A DNA stretch of 60,633 nt, from the NCBI GenBank assembly GCA_032718475.1, contig JAUCBJ010008283.1:1-60633 (forward strand), written 5' to 3'. The notes beneath the pieces were generated by a model. It saw nothing but the letters and a program-made list of their open reading frames with translations. It did not search any database and was not told the origin of the DNA. Position 1 is the first letter of the stretch; each line of letters opens with the position of its first letter. Below are positions 10,216-21,617 of the stretch, one piece after another. A program made the position numbers and the translations under genes. Source of the stretch: Nemertoderma westbladi. Taxonomy: Eukaryota; Animalia; Xenacoelomorpha.

Positions 10216-13200
10216 TTACGTTATGGAGTCCCTAGATATTTGTCGGATTAGGGAAGTGGTCGTAGGAAGAGTATCTTGCCTTCCATAGTTTCCGGACAGT
10301 TTTTGGTCTCTTTCCAGTAAACATAAACGACCAGCTGGGTGATTGGGTTGTCGTGTTACTTTCTCCGCTCCCTTGGCCTGTCTACTCTCCGCCGTGGTAA
10401 GATGAGGAGGCCATTCATCTTCTTCTTTACTTAGGGAGTCGGGTCCACCTAACCAGCCGGGAGTATCTATCCGTTCTTGAGGAGTCGCTCCTCTGGAAGC
10501 GATGTCGGCTAGATTAATCATCTCGGGGCGATGTCTCCATTGATCTTCATTGGAGTTAATATCGTCATTATCTGAGGAGTATGGTGTTCCCTCAGTTAGT
10601 TCGTCCACTTCACTGCTCTCCACTTCCAAACCATTTATCTGGTATAGTCTTTCTGATGGTAGTCTCTCTTCGAGAGTTCTGCGGGAAGGACCAGTAAAGT
10701 ACCAACCTACTCTAGTTCTTACCGCATAGGTTTGTAGTGGCTGCGGTTGAGCAGGTCGTTTTTCCAATGTCTCGAGCGCCTCGTGCGCGTTTTGGCCGAT
10801 AAGTATTTGCACTCCAGGATAATCCGTCTGGAATCGAGGTATTTTAAGTTGTTGGATGCTCTTGTCCTCGTTCCAGTTATAAGGCTCTACTTGGGTATTA
10901 GCGAAGTTCTTTATAGCTACCATTTTTACTGACCTTATACTTTGTTCTCCTAATTTATCCTGTGGGGTGGACAACGCACCTACATAGTAATCTGCCGTTA
11001 TGGTAGATTTCCAAACCTGTATAATTCCTGACATATTCAATTTAGTCCGGAACTTGGGTTGTCCAGCAAAGATATCTTCGGCTAGTTCTTGATCGATGAA
11101 TGTTCCTGTGCTGCCGGAGTCAAGTAGGGCGTTCACTATGTAACTCTTGTTGGGACCATGAACTCGAACTTGCACTACAGGAAATTCTCTTATTCCTATG
11201 TTGGAAGTTGAAACTTTCCAAGATGGTTGTTTGTCAAAAGGAGTTGGAGTAAACTCGTCAGTGTCCTTTTCATCCGTAAGTGCTCGATACACTGTGGTAT
11301 TTATTAGGTAACAGGATTCGTTGGCGTCGGAGAATTCGTCCGTATAGAATCCTTCCCACTCAGAACTTTGGTCAGTGTCGTTCACATCACTGAATTGGAC
11401 ATGTGATTTGGGCTCACTTACCTGACTCGGGCTGTTTCGTTCGAATTCACTTTGTAACAAGATGTGATGCTTCGCACCGCACTTTGCACACTTTATGTCG
11501 GAGTAACAGGTTCGCCGCTGGTGTCCGCGTCTGAGGCAATTATAGCATAACCGCTTGTCCCACACAACTGTACGTCTGTCTACAAGGGATTTCTTTAGGA
11601 ATTCCGCACACGCACTCAAACGGTGGGGCCCGTCGCACAGCGCACAGTTGGGTTTAATGTTACTCACCTTATTTTGGGTGACGTTATGCACTCTAGTTCT
11701 TTCTTCGGGCTTTCTTCCGAGTACTCTGTTAGGAAACTGAAGAGGAGTCTTAGCAACCTGTTCTCTCCTGTCATGGGTTCGAGCTTTAGATTTACTTACG
11801 TTCTTTGAGGTCTTGTTAACATAGTAAAATTTCTCGGTGTCTTTCTCGCTGTCTTCTTCTTGAGAAGCTTGGCTTTCGCCGTCATCAGTATGACACACCG
11901 GTGTTACTCTTCTCCTAGAAACGGGTTTCTCACTTACCTTATTTTCCGGTGTTTTCTCTCTGGATTGCTTTAGGAGTTGTAATTTCACCTCGCCATCCAA
12001 GAATGACACGAGATCAGCCATGGTAGGGTCTCGTTGTTGTTGTTCCATCGTATATAACACCTTCTTGTCCCAGCGTGTACCTACTCCACCCTTGGGCAAA
12101 GTAGATGCTAAGGCTCCTACAACCATAGAATTCTGGTATTCATGAGACTTACCTAACCAATCTAGTTGTCTACAGATCTCCTGAATCTCATCGGAAAACT
12201 CTATAATCCCGCTGCTAAGAAACTTTCGGGGGGCCATTAATTTCGCATATAAATACCTAGCTATGTTATTCCTATTACCATACCTGATGTTTAGTGTATC
12301 CCAAACTTGTCTTAATCCATCTGGATGTCCAATAAATTTTAACGCCATTGACTTGGGAGGTCCGTCCAAGCACTCGATGAGGAATCTAAGTTTCTCTCCG
12401 TTGGATAACACAGAGTTCTGTATGTTATCTTTATAATATTCATTAAAAGGTAACCATTTCATCTCATCTCCATTGAACTTGACTATCTCTCCAACCTTTA
12501 CCGCTTGACGGGCTTCGGTTCTAGCCATTTGACGCGTAAAACTTTCTTGGGCCATCGTGTTATTGAATATCGAGTTATCGGTATATAAATTTCTCGGATT
12601 ATTATCAGGTCTATTGGGAATGTCATTAACAACAGGCGTATAATCACCCTTAATAGGGTTTGCTATAGGAGTTTCTACTTCACTAGCAGTATAGATGCGT
12701 GTAGGCTCCACACCTTGCGCATGTAATACTTCAGACCTAACAGGCTGACACACTGTTACAGGGGTTATTGGTATTCCCTTTTGTAGGTTGACTAATTTGT
12801 CGCATTCTAGTGCGATACTTTGCTGCACTTTTTGCAACTCTAACCTACTTTCCCTTACTGTTCCCTTGAGCTGCTGAACAGTCTCTTCCATTTCCCGGAC
12901 TTGCTGAGAGGAGCACAAACAGTGTTCCCTCAGCTGCTCGAGCAGGAGACCCATCTCCCGTCGTCCCTCAGCTACCCACTCAACCGCCGAAGCGGGAGTC
13001 GCCAACGTAGTAGCGGGCGAGCGAGAGACGACGGGCGATAAATTCTTGATACCTCGCTCGGCGTCCAGGACGGGTTCGGACTCGGGAACAGTCCTACTGG
13101 GCACAGGTAGTCTTCTGGTTTGTTTCTTCAAGTAATCTTGTTTCGCCTGAAGGTTTTCCAGCTCTAGTTGGATAGTCGCTTCAGACGTCTTCCGTTCTGC

Positions 13201-13320
13201 TTCTGCCACTGCCTCTGCCGCTTTTCTGTCTTCTCTCCTTTCAAGACACTGTCCAAGTCGACGACTCATTCTAAAACCCTCTAAGAGACTATCTGACAAT
13301 GTTTGTGTTGTGTCAGACAT
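10216..13320 (-). CDS. BEL/Pao Gag-protease polyprotein with RT/integrase deleted (1034 aa)
   Basis: DUF1759-like IVKFNGDEMKWLPF...EKLRFL; three knuckles CALCDGPHRLSAC, CYNCLRRGHQRRTC, CAKCGAKHHILL; protease ALLDSGSTGTFI...ILIG...TRVGW; then directly the RNase H tail QWRHRP..NLADIASRG...WLGGP...WP. No YVDD motif and no integrase DDE domain. Confidence 0.92.
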   Translation of the reverse strand: MSDTTQTLSDSLLEGFRMSRRLGQCLERREDRKAAEAVAEAERKTSEATIQLELENLQAKQDYLKKQTRRLPVPSRTVPESEPVLDAERGIKNLSPVVSRSPATTLATPASAVEWVAEGRREMGLLLEQLREHCLCSSQQVREMEETVQQLKGTVRESRLELQKVQQSIALECDKLVNLQKGIPITPVTVCQPVRSEVLHAQGVEPTRIYTASEVETPIANPIKGDYTPVVNDIPNRPDNNPRNLYTDNSIFNNTMAQESFTRQMARTEARQAVKVGEIVKFNGDEMKWLPFNEYYKDNIQNSVLSNGEKLRFLIECLDGPPKSMALKFIGHPDGLRQVWDTLNIRYGNRNNIARYLYAKLMAPRKFLSSGIIEFSDEIQEICRQLDWLGKSHEYQNSMVVGALASTLPKGGVGTRWDKKVLYTMEQQQRDPTMADLVSFLDGEVKLQLLKQSREKTPENKVSEKPVSRRRVTPVCHTDDGESQASQEEDSEKDTEKFYYVNKTSKNVSKSKARTHDRREQVAKTPLQFPNRVLGRKPEERTRVHNVTQNKVSNIKPNCALCDGPHRLSACAEFLKKSLVDRRTVVWDKRLCYNCLRRGHQRRTCYSDIKCAKCGAKHHILLQSEFERNSPSQVSEPKSHVQFSDVNDTDQSSEWEGFYTDEFSDANESCYLINTTVYRALTDEKDTDEFTPTPFDKQPSWKVSTSNIGIREFPVVQVRVHGPNKSYIVNALLDSGSTGTFIDQELAEDIFAGQPKFRTKLNMSGIIQVWKSTITADYYVGALSTPQDKLGEQSIRSVKMVAIKNFANTQVEPYNWNEDKSIQQLKIPRFQTDYPGVQILIGQNAHEALETLEKRPAQPQPLQTYAVRTRVGWYFTGPSRRTLEERLPSERLYQINGLEVESSEVDELTEGTPYSSDNDDINSNEDQWRHRPEMINLADIASRGATPQERIDTPGWLGGPDSLSKEEDEWPPHLTTAESRQAKGAEKVTRQPNHPAGRLCLLERDQKLSGNYGRQDTLPTTTSLIRQISRDSIT

Positions 13321-14691
13321 TTCGCTTTATACAGTTGGATGCCTACTGCTATATATACAGTTAAAGCAAGTCTAGTAATTCAGTATCACTGCTAGCCTAA
13401 TAATTAATTACCGATACTGCTACTCAATGTAGCGTGATATATATATATAATATATTAGAATACCGGTATGCTTATAGTATATATAAGTATTATTACAGAC
13501 TAGATTTGTCACAGAGTACCGGTATATAAATTTAGCACAAATATATATAAATATATAATAGGCCTATAGTGAATACCGGTATACAGCTTACACTTATAGT
13601 ATATATAAGTATAATTATGAACTAGAATTAATTACAGAGTACCGGTATGATTTCAGCTCAAATTTATAGAAATAAATATAATAAGCCTATGGTAAATACT
13701 GGTATGTCAATTATTTTAGAATAATTGAATTTCTGAATATTTTAGGGTTACTTGGTTACTTTAACTTACTTTATTACCGTTATTTAAGCAGTAGTCCAAC
13801 TGATAGTGAGACCTAGTTTTTGTATGACAGGCCTACTATTTATAAATCGTTTGATTTGATTTATAATATTTATATACCCGTTATATGGGTTTTTGTCAAT
13901 ATTTGAAATAAATGTTATTATTTCTGGGGGAGTCACTACACAGAAGCTGAACGCCTCTCAGTGAAGTGCTATTTATTTGACACTAAAACTGATAATTCTA
14001 ATTTACCTAAGTTACTTAATTACTACAAATTACTTACGATACGGGTGAGATTAATTCTCTAATTAAACACAACGAAATATTACGTACGAAATTTTTAGGG
14101 TAATTTTACAGGAAGTCTACAAACCAGCCTAACAAAGGGTTAGAATTCTGGTTATTACAACGGAGAGGGTACTACGGTATTTGAAATAATAAGTAGTAGT
14201 AAATATATTGTACTGTCCAGATAGGAAATACCACCGCCTGACGACCTATAACCGTATCGCTATAGGTACTACGTTATGTATCACGGATTGTTCCTACCCA
14301 GAAGCTAATAGAGCTAACGAATGTGCCTATCAACCACTTTACAACACAAATATACCGCCTACACTAATTACTTCGGAAAGCACTGTACACTAAACCCTAA
14401 ATTAGGTACAAGTACTGGTACAACAAATAATCAGTAGTTAAATATACTTGAACAGTTAAAAGAACCACGGCATCTGCTGGAGTGACCGAAGCGCAAAATC
14501 TCCAGTCTTTACCTACGCCGAGCAGCCCTGATGTAGTACCGGAGTTAATTTAACTATAACGGTATGTATAACAAGCACAATTACTGTAGGAATAAACTTG
14601 GGGACATGAATGTTGCGAATAATCGCATAAACTCTGAATAATAAATATTACGCTACCCGTACAGAATACTCAAACAAATACAAACCAAACG

Positions 14692-15152
14692 CTGGCAGAC
14701 TACTATCAAGCCTAAACAAACCACAGTATGTGCAGGTTCTGAAACTGTTAGTTAGTATGCGTTCTAACACGGTAGTACGACTTACTCTTTAAGAGGGGAT
14801 TGACCTTACCGCTTATGGCTGCCCCAACTTACTAACGGCACTTTATCAGACCAACTCTACACACGCAGCAATCCCTTCAGACCTAAAAATAGCTAGACAA
14901 CAATCCAGCCTACAAATATTTGAGTAATAACTATTACGGTACCTGAACAGACCACACAAACAAACACAGGCTAAAACACTGGCAGACTACGATCAAGCCT
15001 AGATAAACTACAGTATATGCAGACTCTGAAACTGTTAGTTAGTATGCGTTCTAACACGGTAGTACGACTTACTCTTTAAGAGGGGATTGACCTTCAGCAT
15101 ATGGCTGCCCCAACTTACTAACGGCACTTTATCAGACAAACTCTACACACGC
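14692..15152. repeat. Two ~175-bp direct repeats in the LTR element 5' leader
   Basis: CTGGCAGACTAC...GTTAGTTAGTATGCGTTCTAACACGGTAGTACGAC...CTCTACACACG at ~14692-14865 and ~14979-15152. Confidence 0.85.
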
Positions 15153-15505
15153 CGTAATCTCTCCAAACTCAACAACAGTCAGACAGCAGCTCAGCCTACA
15201 ATTATCTGAACAATCTGAGCAGGGTCACACGCCTTCTGCTCAATATTAGCCTACTAGTAAATAAAACCGACAGAAATAAGTAAACTATACAAAAGAATGA
15301 GGGGTGATCAATCCCTATTCCCCTGGCAGCCTACAATATACAATAGATCACAATCGAAATAATACTAAATGTACTTGTACAGCAGTACCGGTACCGGTGA
15401 TGACAGTTAGGCCTACTGACCTGCAGAAGTACCGGTTCAGTTTTACCGGTCACTACGGTATTTTGCAACCTTATTGCTTACTGCAATAAGATCGTTAACT
15501 GTTAC

Positions 15506-16735
15506 TGTTCGCGCTTTTGAAGACCTTTAGCAGTTTAACCTGCCAAAATTTATATGTCTTTTAGTTAATTAACACACCTTTAGCATACGACAATATTTTA
15601 TGCTAATAAACAAAACATTAGCCGAAGCCAGCCCATGCGCGATCATTCACCCGATGGATCTACACCCGGGAGGCTGAATTCGGATGCTTAGATTTTATTA
15701 TTGCAGTGTAAGGTTGCAGTGTAAGCCTACTGTATTATTCGATTGATCGCTAATATGTAATTTCTGACAGATATTATTAACTTTCGGGAAATATTAACAG
15801 TTCCTTTAGGACGTGGCGCTCTATCTATTTAAACAGAGCTAGGACTTATACTAAACGCAACGATAAGGCTTATGATTAAAGTATAAGTCGCATTCTTTAG
15901 GAAATGCTTTGTTACCAGTCACATCACACTCACAATTATGCACACTATTCTGCCGACCGTCAGTATATTTGATCACACATAAAGAGAATAGCAATTGACT
16001 CAGGTAGTGTCTACTAAATAACATTAGATTCAATACACACCACATTGATATAAATCGCAATTGTTATATATAGCCCGCCTCTCTAACCTGTAGTGTATCA
16101 AGAAAATTGGGAATTTTGGGTGATTTATCCGTATTCTCCAAAGAGCAATATTTCCATCAACAAATAGATACAATTAATAACTGACGGTAAATAGCAGTAC
16201 AAACAATATGATTAGTGCAGTTAAATTAAGTGAGGTAACACCGCCGGTAACAGTTATACTTTCTATAATCTAAGCAGTTTTACTAGAGTTCTTAGAGCCG
16301 GTGTTTCTGGCTTAGACAGCAATAACAACAAAGTATCAAGTAAAAACAGTAAGACTGAACACTCTCCTTATGATCGGCCGAAAAGCTACACGTCGACAGG
16401 AAAAATCGCTCTGATTGGCTCAAGCCAAACAAAGAACCATGCATCCAATGGCTGTTTCCATGTCAGCAACCAGCTGTTAGATGTCGTAATATGAATCATC
16501 ACGGCTAAGCTGTGAAAGGTAGTTGGTACATTACAGGTTTTTTGCCTTACCATGTCCGCCAAAACACGTATATAGCAGAATGACTTTTATGTCCGTTAAA
16601 ACACCTGTAACGGTACCTTGCGGGCGAGGGGAATATATATACAGTTAGAGAACCTTTTTAGAGTATTCCAGCGCCTGGGGGGAAACTGGATTGCGAAGCA
16701 AAAGGGGCCAGTTATATCCCACAGAAGCTTTTACA
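15506..16735 (-). repeat. 5' LTR (1230 bp)
   Basis: Copy of 5834-7063. On the minus strand it has CCAAT (16418-16414), TATATATAA (16072-16064) and AATAAA (15699-15694). Confidence 0.97.
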
Positions 16736-18550
16736 GGATCCGTACTAAAAGTCATATTAAATTCACAAGCAAATTGAGCACAAATATTAATCATTTGCTG
16801 TAAACCGCATAAAGAAGGACATAACAAAATAATATCATCAGCGTAAACAAAAATACCATAGTAATATGAACCAATATGACAACCGATGTTTGAGTCTCGT
16901 AATTTTTGAACTAAAGTGTCCATCACAATACTGAAAAGTATAGGAGAGGCCACTGACCCCTGCCTCACCCCATTTGATACACCGAAAGACCTAGATGTTT
17001 CCGACCCCCATTTCACCCAACATATTTGTTCTTTATATATAAATAATAACAGTCTAATGAACAGCGGAGAAAAACCCTTCTTAAGTAACTCGAGAAATAG
17101 CTTCTTCCACTCAACTTTGTCGAATGCTTTCGATAAGTCAAGAAGACAGCCGAATACTGGTGTAGCAAACCTTGAATAAAATGAGAGAACCTCATTGACT
17201 GCCCAAGTACAGGACGTTGTACTCGAATCTTTCTGGAATCCAAACTGCAGTTCATCCACAGACAACGAATCCTGTTGGGATAGAATCATCACCCATTCTA
17301 GAACCTTTAATATTAGTGAGGATATTGCAATCGCACGATAATTCGAGGATGAAGCAAAGTCACCCAGCTTGTCCTTAATAATCGGGACGAGAGACGCTGT
17401 CAAAAGAAATGTTGGTATATACCCATGAATTAGACAACCGTTAAATAATATACACAAATGGTCCGTTAACTCTGAACAAGCATTCTTCAAGCAATCAGAG
17501 TTGAAAGCAGCCTCTACATCTGATTTACCAGACCTCAATTTACCCAGAGCTGCTGACACCAACTCAGGAGTAATTACTATAGAACGAGTGTTAACATCCG
17601 CAAGAAACTCAGAGAGTTTTTCATCAACCTCGGAATAATCTGAATCATATCCTTGATTAAAAACCTCGGAATAAATACTAGCGAACTTCTCGGAGATGCC
17701 ACTAGGTGTCGTCTCCCCATCAATAAGGTGACTCAACCCATTTACATTACCCCGAAGCTTTCTGATCTCAGCAAAAACATCGACATCGGATGTGAAACAC
17801 GCCTGCATAAACTTATTTCTACGCACAGAGTCGATATTTCTCTTAAGCCGACGGACAGCGTATTTATACTGCAGTCGGGACTGTCTACGTAAATGAAAAA
17901 GATTACCCTGAGACACATTTGGTCTACCTGCCGACACCCACACACTATGCCAAAATATGGCTTCCTCCTTAAACGGTCGAACGTGATCATTCCATCCAGG
18001 CAAAGAGGTTTGAGGTGCAGAGGAGTCACCCCCGATAACACCCCCACCAACCCATGGCAAATTAGAACAGGCTTCCTCGATGGCTCCCAAAATATTGATG
18101 GCATAAAACTGTAAATCATTTAAATGGTCAACACTAGTACAATTAATATTATTACAACCACAACAGTCGAGCACCAGATTACCTAATAGAGATCTTAAAT
18201 CTGCCTTATACAAATTTTTTTGCTCCTGAGAGGCATTGGTAAAAGAAGGTTTACTATCACTATTCCATGTTTGAAATGAGTCATCCAAATTTCCTATCTT
18301 GCATTTCATGTAGATTGGGCTATGTTGAGATAAGTTAGCACCATGATGTATTACACCTGCCTCAGTACAAAAATGCAAAATATTATTAGAAACTAAAAAA
18401 TGATCTATAACTGATGAATATATACAATTATTTACAACAGACATGTATGTGTAGTCTACATCATAAGTATTCCACAGAATATTTAAATTAGTATCCTGTA
18501 TAAATGAGTTCACCATGCGGACATGGGCAGAATTTCTACCAAAATCCGAT
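16736..18550 (-). mobile_element. 5' part of the same LINE: AP-endonuclease C-terminus plus reverse transcriptase, 5'-truncated
   Basis: IDHFLVS...LSQHSPI (APE end), NYRAIAI, QFGFQ, LDLSKAFDKV, GVRQGSVASPILF, YADDIILL, FSTDP. Clade not determined without a phylogeny. Confidence 0.92.
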
Positions 18551-19028
18551 TGAATGTTATCCGAAAGTTAACTAATTGTAAAGACCCCGCACCACGACAC
18601 CACGGGCATGACACAAGTCCCACCAGCCGCAGCAATTTTCTGCCTCGTGTATTTCATTTTGCACTCGATATGGCATTTTAGCACTTGGTTCGCCCATGTT
18701 AAAAACCTGCCAACTTGTGACTCGTGCAAAACTCTCGGACATAATATAATTGAATTTTAGTCAATGAAAATTAGTGAAAAAGTTATTCTTTCCGATACTA
18801 TTTTCTTGACAAAGAATATAACTTTTATTTTGCTTTCCTCAATCAATTATGTAACGTATATTATACATTCAATTATTTACAGTGTCATTATCTGAGTTGT
18901 TTTTTTCACTAACAAACATGTGAATAAAGGCAAATAATAAAGACACGAGTGCTATTTCACACACTATTATGTAAATAGTTATTATAGAGTAGTAATAATA
19001 CATATTAATCCCTATTTTTACTTTGCAG

Positions 19029-19168
19029 TAGTTCGTTTATTTACTTTCTAATGCTTCTGTTGCTGGCCAATAAGAATACATTTCGTGACGTCAGTTCTGA
19101 AGAGTTTCAGTATTTAAGGGCCCCAGACCCCAACTGGGTTGAATACCTCATATTCTTATGGGCCACAG
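19029..19168 (+). CDS. TRPC: TRPC channel exon (pre-S1/S1 to S2 start)
   Basis: Acceptor ctttgcag, SSFIYFLMLLLLAN...RAPDPNWVEYLIFLWAT, donor G|gtaggt; its phase matches the next exon. Confidence 0.85.
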
Positions 19169-19275
19169 GTAGGTTAACCATCCCCGAGACAGGGGGGGAA
19201 ACTGGACGCAAAACCCGCCTTGGCGAATTAATATCCCGCCTCAATGTTAAATTCTCAATTTAGGGAAAGGAGCAG

Positions 19276-19396
19276 GTTACAGTGGTACGTTATTTAAACC
19301 AAAACAATAAACTAAACACAATAGAACAGGTTACAATTTTATTTTTGAGAGTAATCAGCTATTACTGTATTTGCGTCCAATTTCCCCTGGAGAGGG
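19276..19396. repeat. Interspersed repeat copy, inverted relative to 22635-22750
   Basis: GTTACAGTGGTACGTTATTTAAACCAAAACAATAAACTAAA...CCCCTGGAGAGGGA aligns to the reverse complement of 22635-22750. Confidence 0.8.
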
Positions 19397-20679
19397 ATGA
19401 ATTTTTATTGCGTCCAGTTTCCTATCTGCCATCCCCAGACCCCAACTGGGTTTAATTGGAATTTTAAAAAATGATGAAAAATAACTATTTACATCATTGT
19501 GTAGCACTTTGCAGCGTTATGACCCGAGTTTATTTATGTACCGAGTGAGCGCAGCTAGGGAGGTTTACATAAGTAAACAAGGCTCTTTAACGCTGAAAAG
19601 TGACCTTTAAAAGCAATGATGTATGTAATTTTGTTACATTATCTCAACATATCAGCGTTCGGTATATGAAGAAAGGATTTTATGGATACTCATTTATATA
19701 TTTTAATCATGTACTATATCGAATATAAGTGAAATTTATTTCACAGTATTAATTATACATTTAAATCAAATTAAAGTTTATTGGAAGTTATCTCCTGCAT
19801 GGATGTGATAAATCATTAATCCATCTTGACTATTGTCGACTGAAGCAAACTGAGTCACCGTCTGTGTCCGTTAAGTTTTAGTGAACACTGTCGCCATTTT
19901 CTTTGGTCAATTTCTCTAAAGTGTCTTCTATTAGACGTTTCTATATAAAGAATACAGTAGCCTACACGTTAAAAAATTATTTACATACAGTAGCTAGTCC
20001 CGTCACTGCAAACTGGATAATAAAGTAGCACTCATTAACATAAATGGAAATAATACATTCTGGAATACGGTAATTGAAGTTGTTTCCATGTCATTGATTA
20101 CTTTGCAGCGTTCCGTCCTATAGGCCGCAACGCTGCAAAGTAGTACTTTGCAGCGTTACGAGTAATTGACCAGAACGCTGTTAAGTTTACATAATGTAAC
20201 AAAATATATATTGGAAATATTTATTTCATTATACTGATTATGGCAGTATTATATTATGGTTCTAGCATGATTAGCAATAGTTATAGTTTTGGTTCACTGA
20301 TGCCACGGAAATCCAGAGATTTTCTACCAGATTTTCTCTGTAAAAATGTAATACGCAGTCAAATATTTAATATCACCCGGTCAGTAGGGTAAAATATGGG
20401 GCTTTATCAACAACTGCATTTATTTGGACTTATTTTATTGAAAAATATTGAGAAATGAAAATATCCTGTACAAAAATATATTGAGTAAACTTTCCAGGGT
20501 GATTGCTCTGTGGGGGGGGGGGGGGCTTGATCGCCTGCACTATGTATGTCTACACTGTCTATATTTACTGCCTATATAATTCCTTTGTACATAATGCTAA
20601 ACATTCATACACGACCTGCGCATAAGACATACGATCTACATATGAGATGTAAGTGATGTGATTTCATTTCTTTATTCAG

Positions 20680-21172
20680 GTATGATATGGGGAGAATGCA
20701 AGCAGGTATGGGATAGTGGCCTCAAAGCCTACTGTCGACAATGGTGGAACTGGTTGGACTTTATAATGCTATCTATGTACTTGCTGGCTTTTGTAACTCG
20801 ATTTATGGCAATTATTCTTATCAAACATATGAACTCTGATGGAAGATACGGTCCAGTTTGTGCTCCTAGATTTGAATGGCCCAACAATGACCCTCTTCTT
20901 TGTTCGGAATGCGTTTTCGCAGTTGCCAATGTATTTTCCTTCTTTCGTATCATATACTTATTCCAGATGAGTCCCTCCTTAGGTCCATTGCAGATATCTC
21001 TCGGATGTATGCTCATCGATATTGGAAAGTTTCTGCTTATATTTATGCTGGTATTGTTGTCATTTTCGTGCGGAATATCGCAATTGTACGAGAAATACGC
21101 CAGTCCAGAGATTATCATTACGGATGATAAAGGAGAAATTACTTGTGCAACTAACCCAGGCACATACACCGA
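20680..21172 (+). CDS. TRPC: TRPC channel exon (S2-S5)
   Basis: GMIWGECKQVWDSG...WWNWLDF...DPLLCSECVFAVANVFS...LGPLQISLGCMLIDIGKF; acceptor ttcag, donor GA|gtaagt. Confidence 0.95.
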
Positions 21173-21617
21173 GTAAGTACCTAACCCAGGCACATACACC
21201 GAGTAAGTAACAAGGATGCACTGCATACTGAGCACAAGCCCAGCATGTGTTAACCACTAATATGTATATATACGTTTATATATACCGGTATTTGCATACC
21301 GGTATCAGACTTTGTGCGATATCCCTGGGCTAACGGCCGAAGAAAATATACTTTTACTTTATTTGGGCCTGTTTTACTATTTATAATATAATAATCATAG
21401 TTCTATCCTCTTTGACATCTCATCGCAATACAAGCCAAGTGCAAACATGCCTTTTCCATGGTGGCGCCGTGCCACCATATTATCATACATACATATTTAT
21501 TGATAAAGATGCCAATCCGAACACCAATTCATCCAGTTATACTATATCATTAACATTCATATTCACATTCATATTACACTGTAAAAATAATAATTTATTT
21601 TAATTTGTTTGTTGCAG

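Larger units (their letters stand above)
5834..16735 (-). mobile_element. BEL/Pao LTR retrotransposon, non-autonomous (gag-protease only) with extra ORFs, 10,902 bp
   Basis: Two 1230-bp direct LTRs with TG...CA ends, a 5-bp target duplication GGATC (5829-5833, 16736-16740) and BEL-type gag/protease motifs. Confidence 0.95.

Noticed and set aside
16645-16735. C-terminus VKASVGYNW...KKVL of the 623-aa RT ORF
   Set aside because: Read-through into the inserted LTR; the true continuation is at 5833 downward.
19482-20200. Assigning a superfamily to the repeat starting ATAACTATTTACAT (related start at 32238; 14-bp-stem hairpin at ~20099-20142)
   Set aside because: Probably a non-autonomous repeat, but its ends and TSD could not be defined from the sequence alone.
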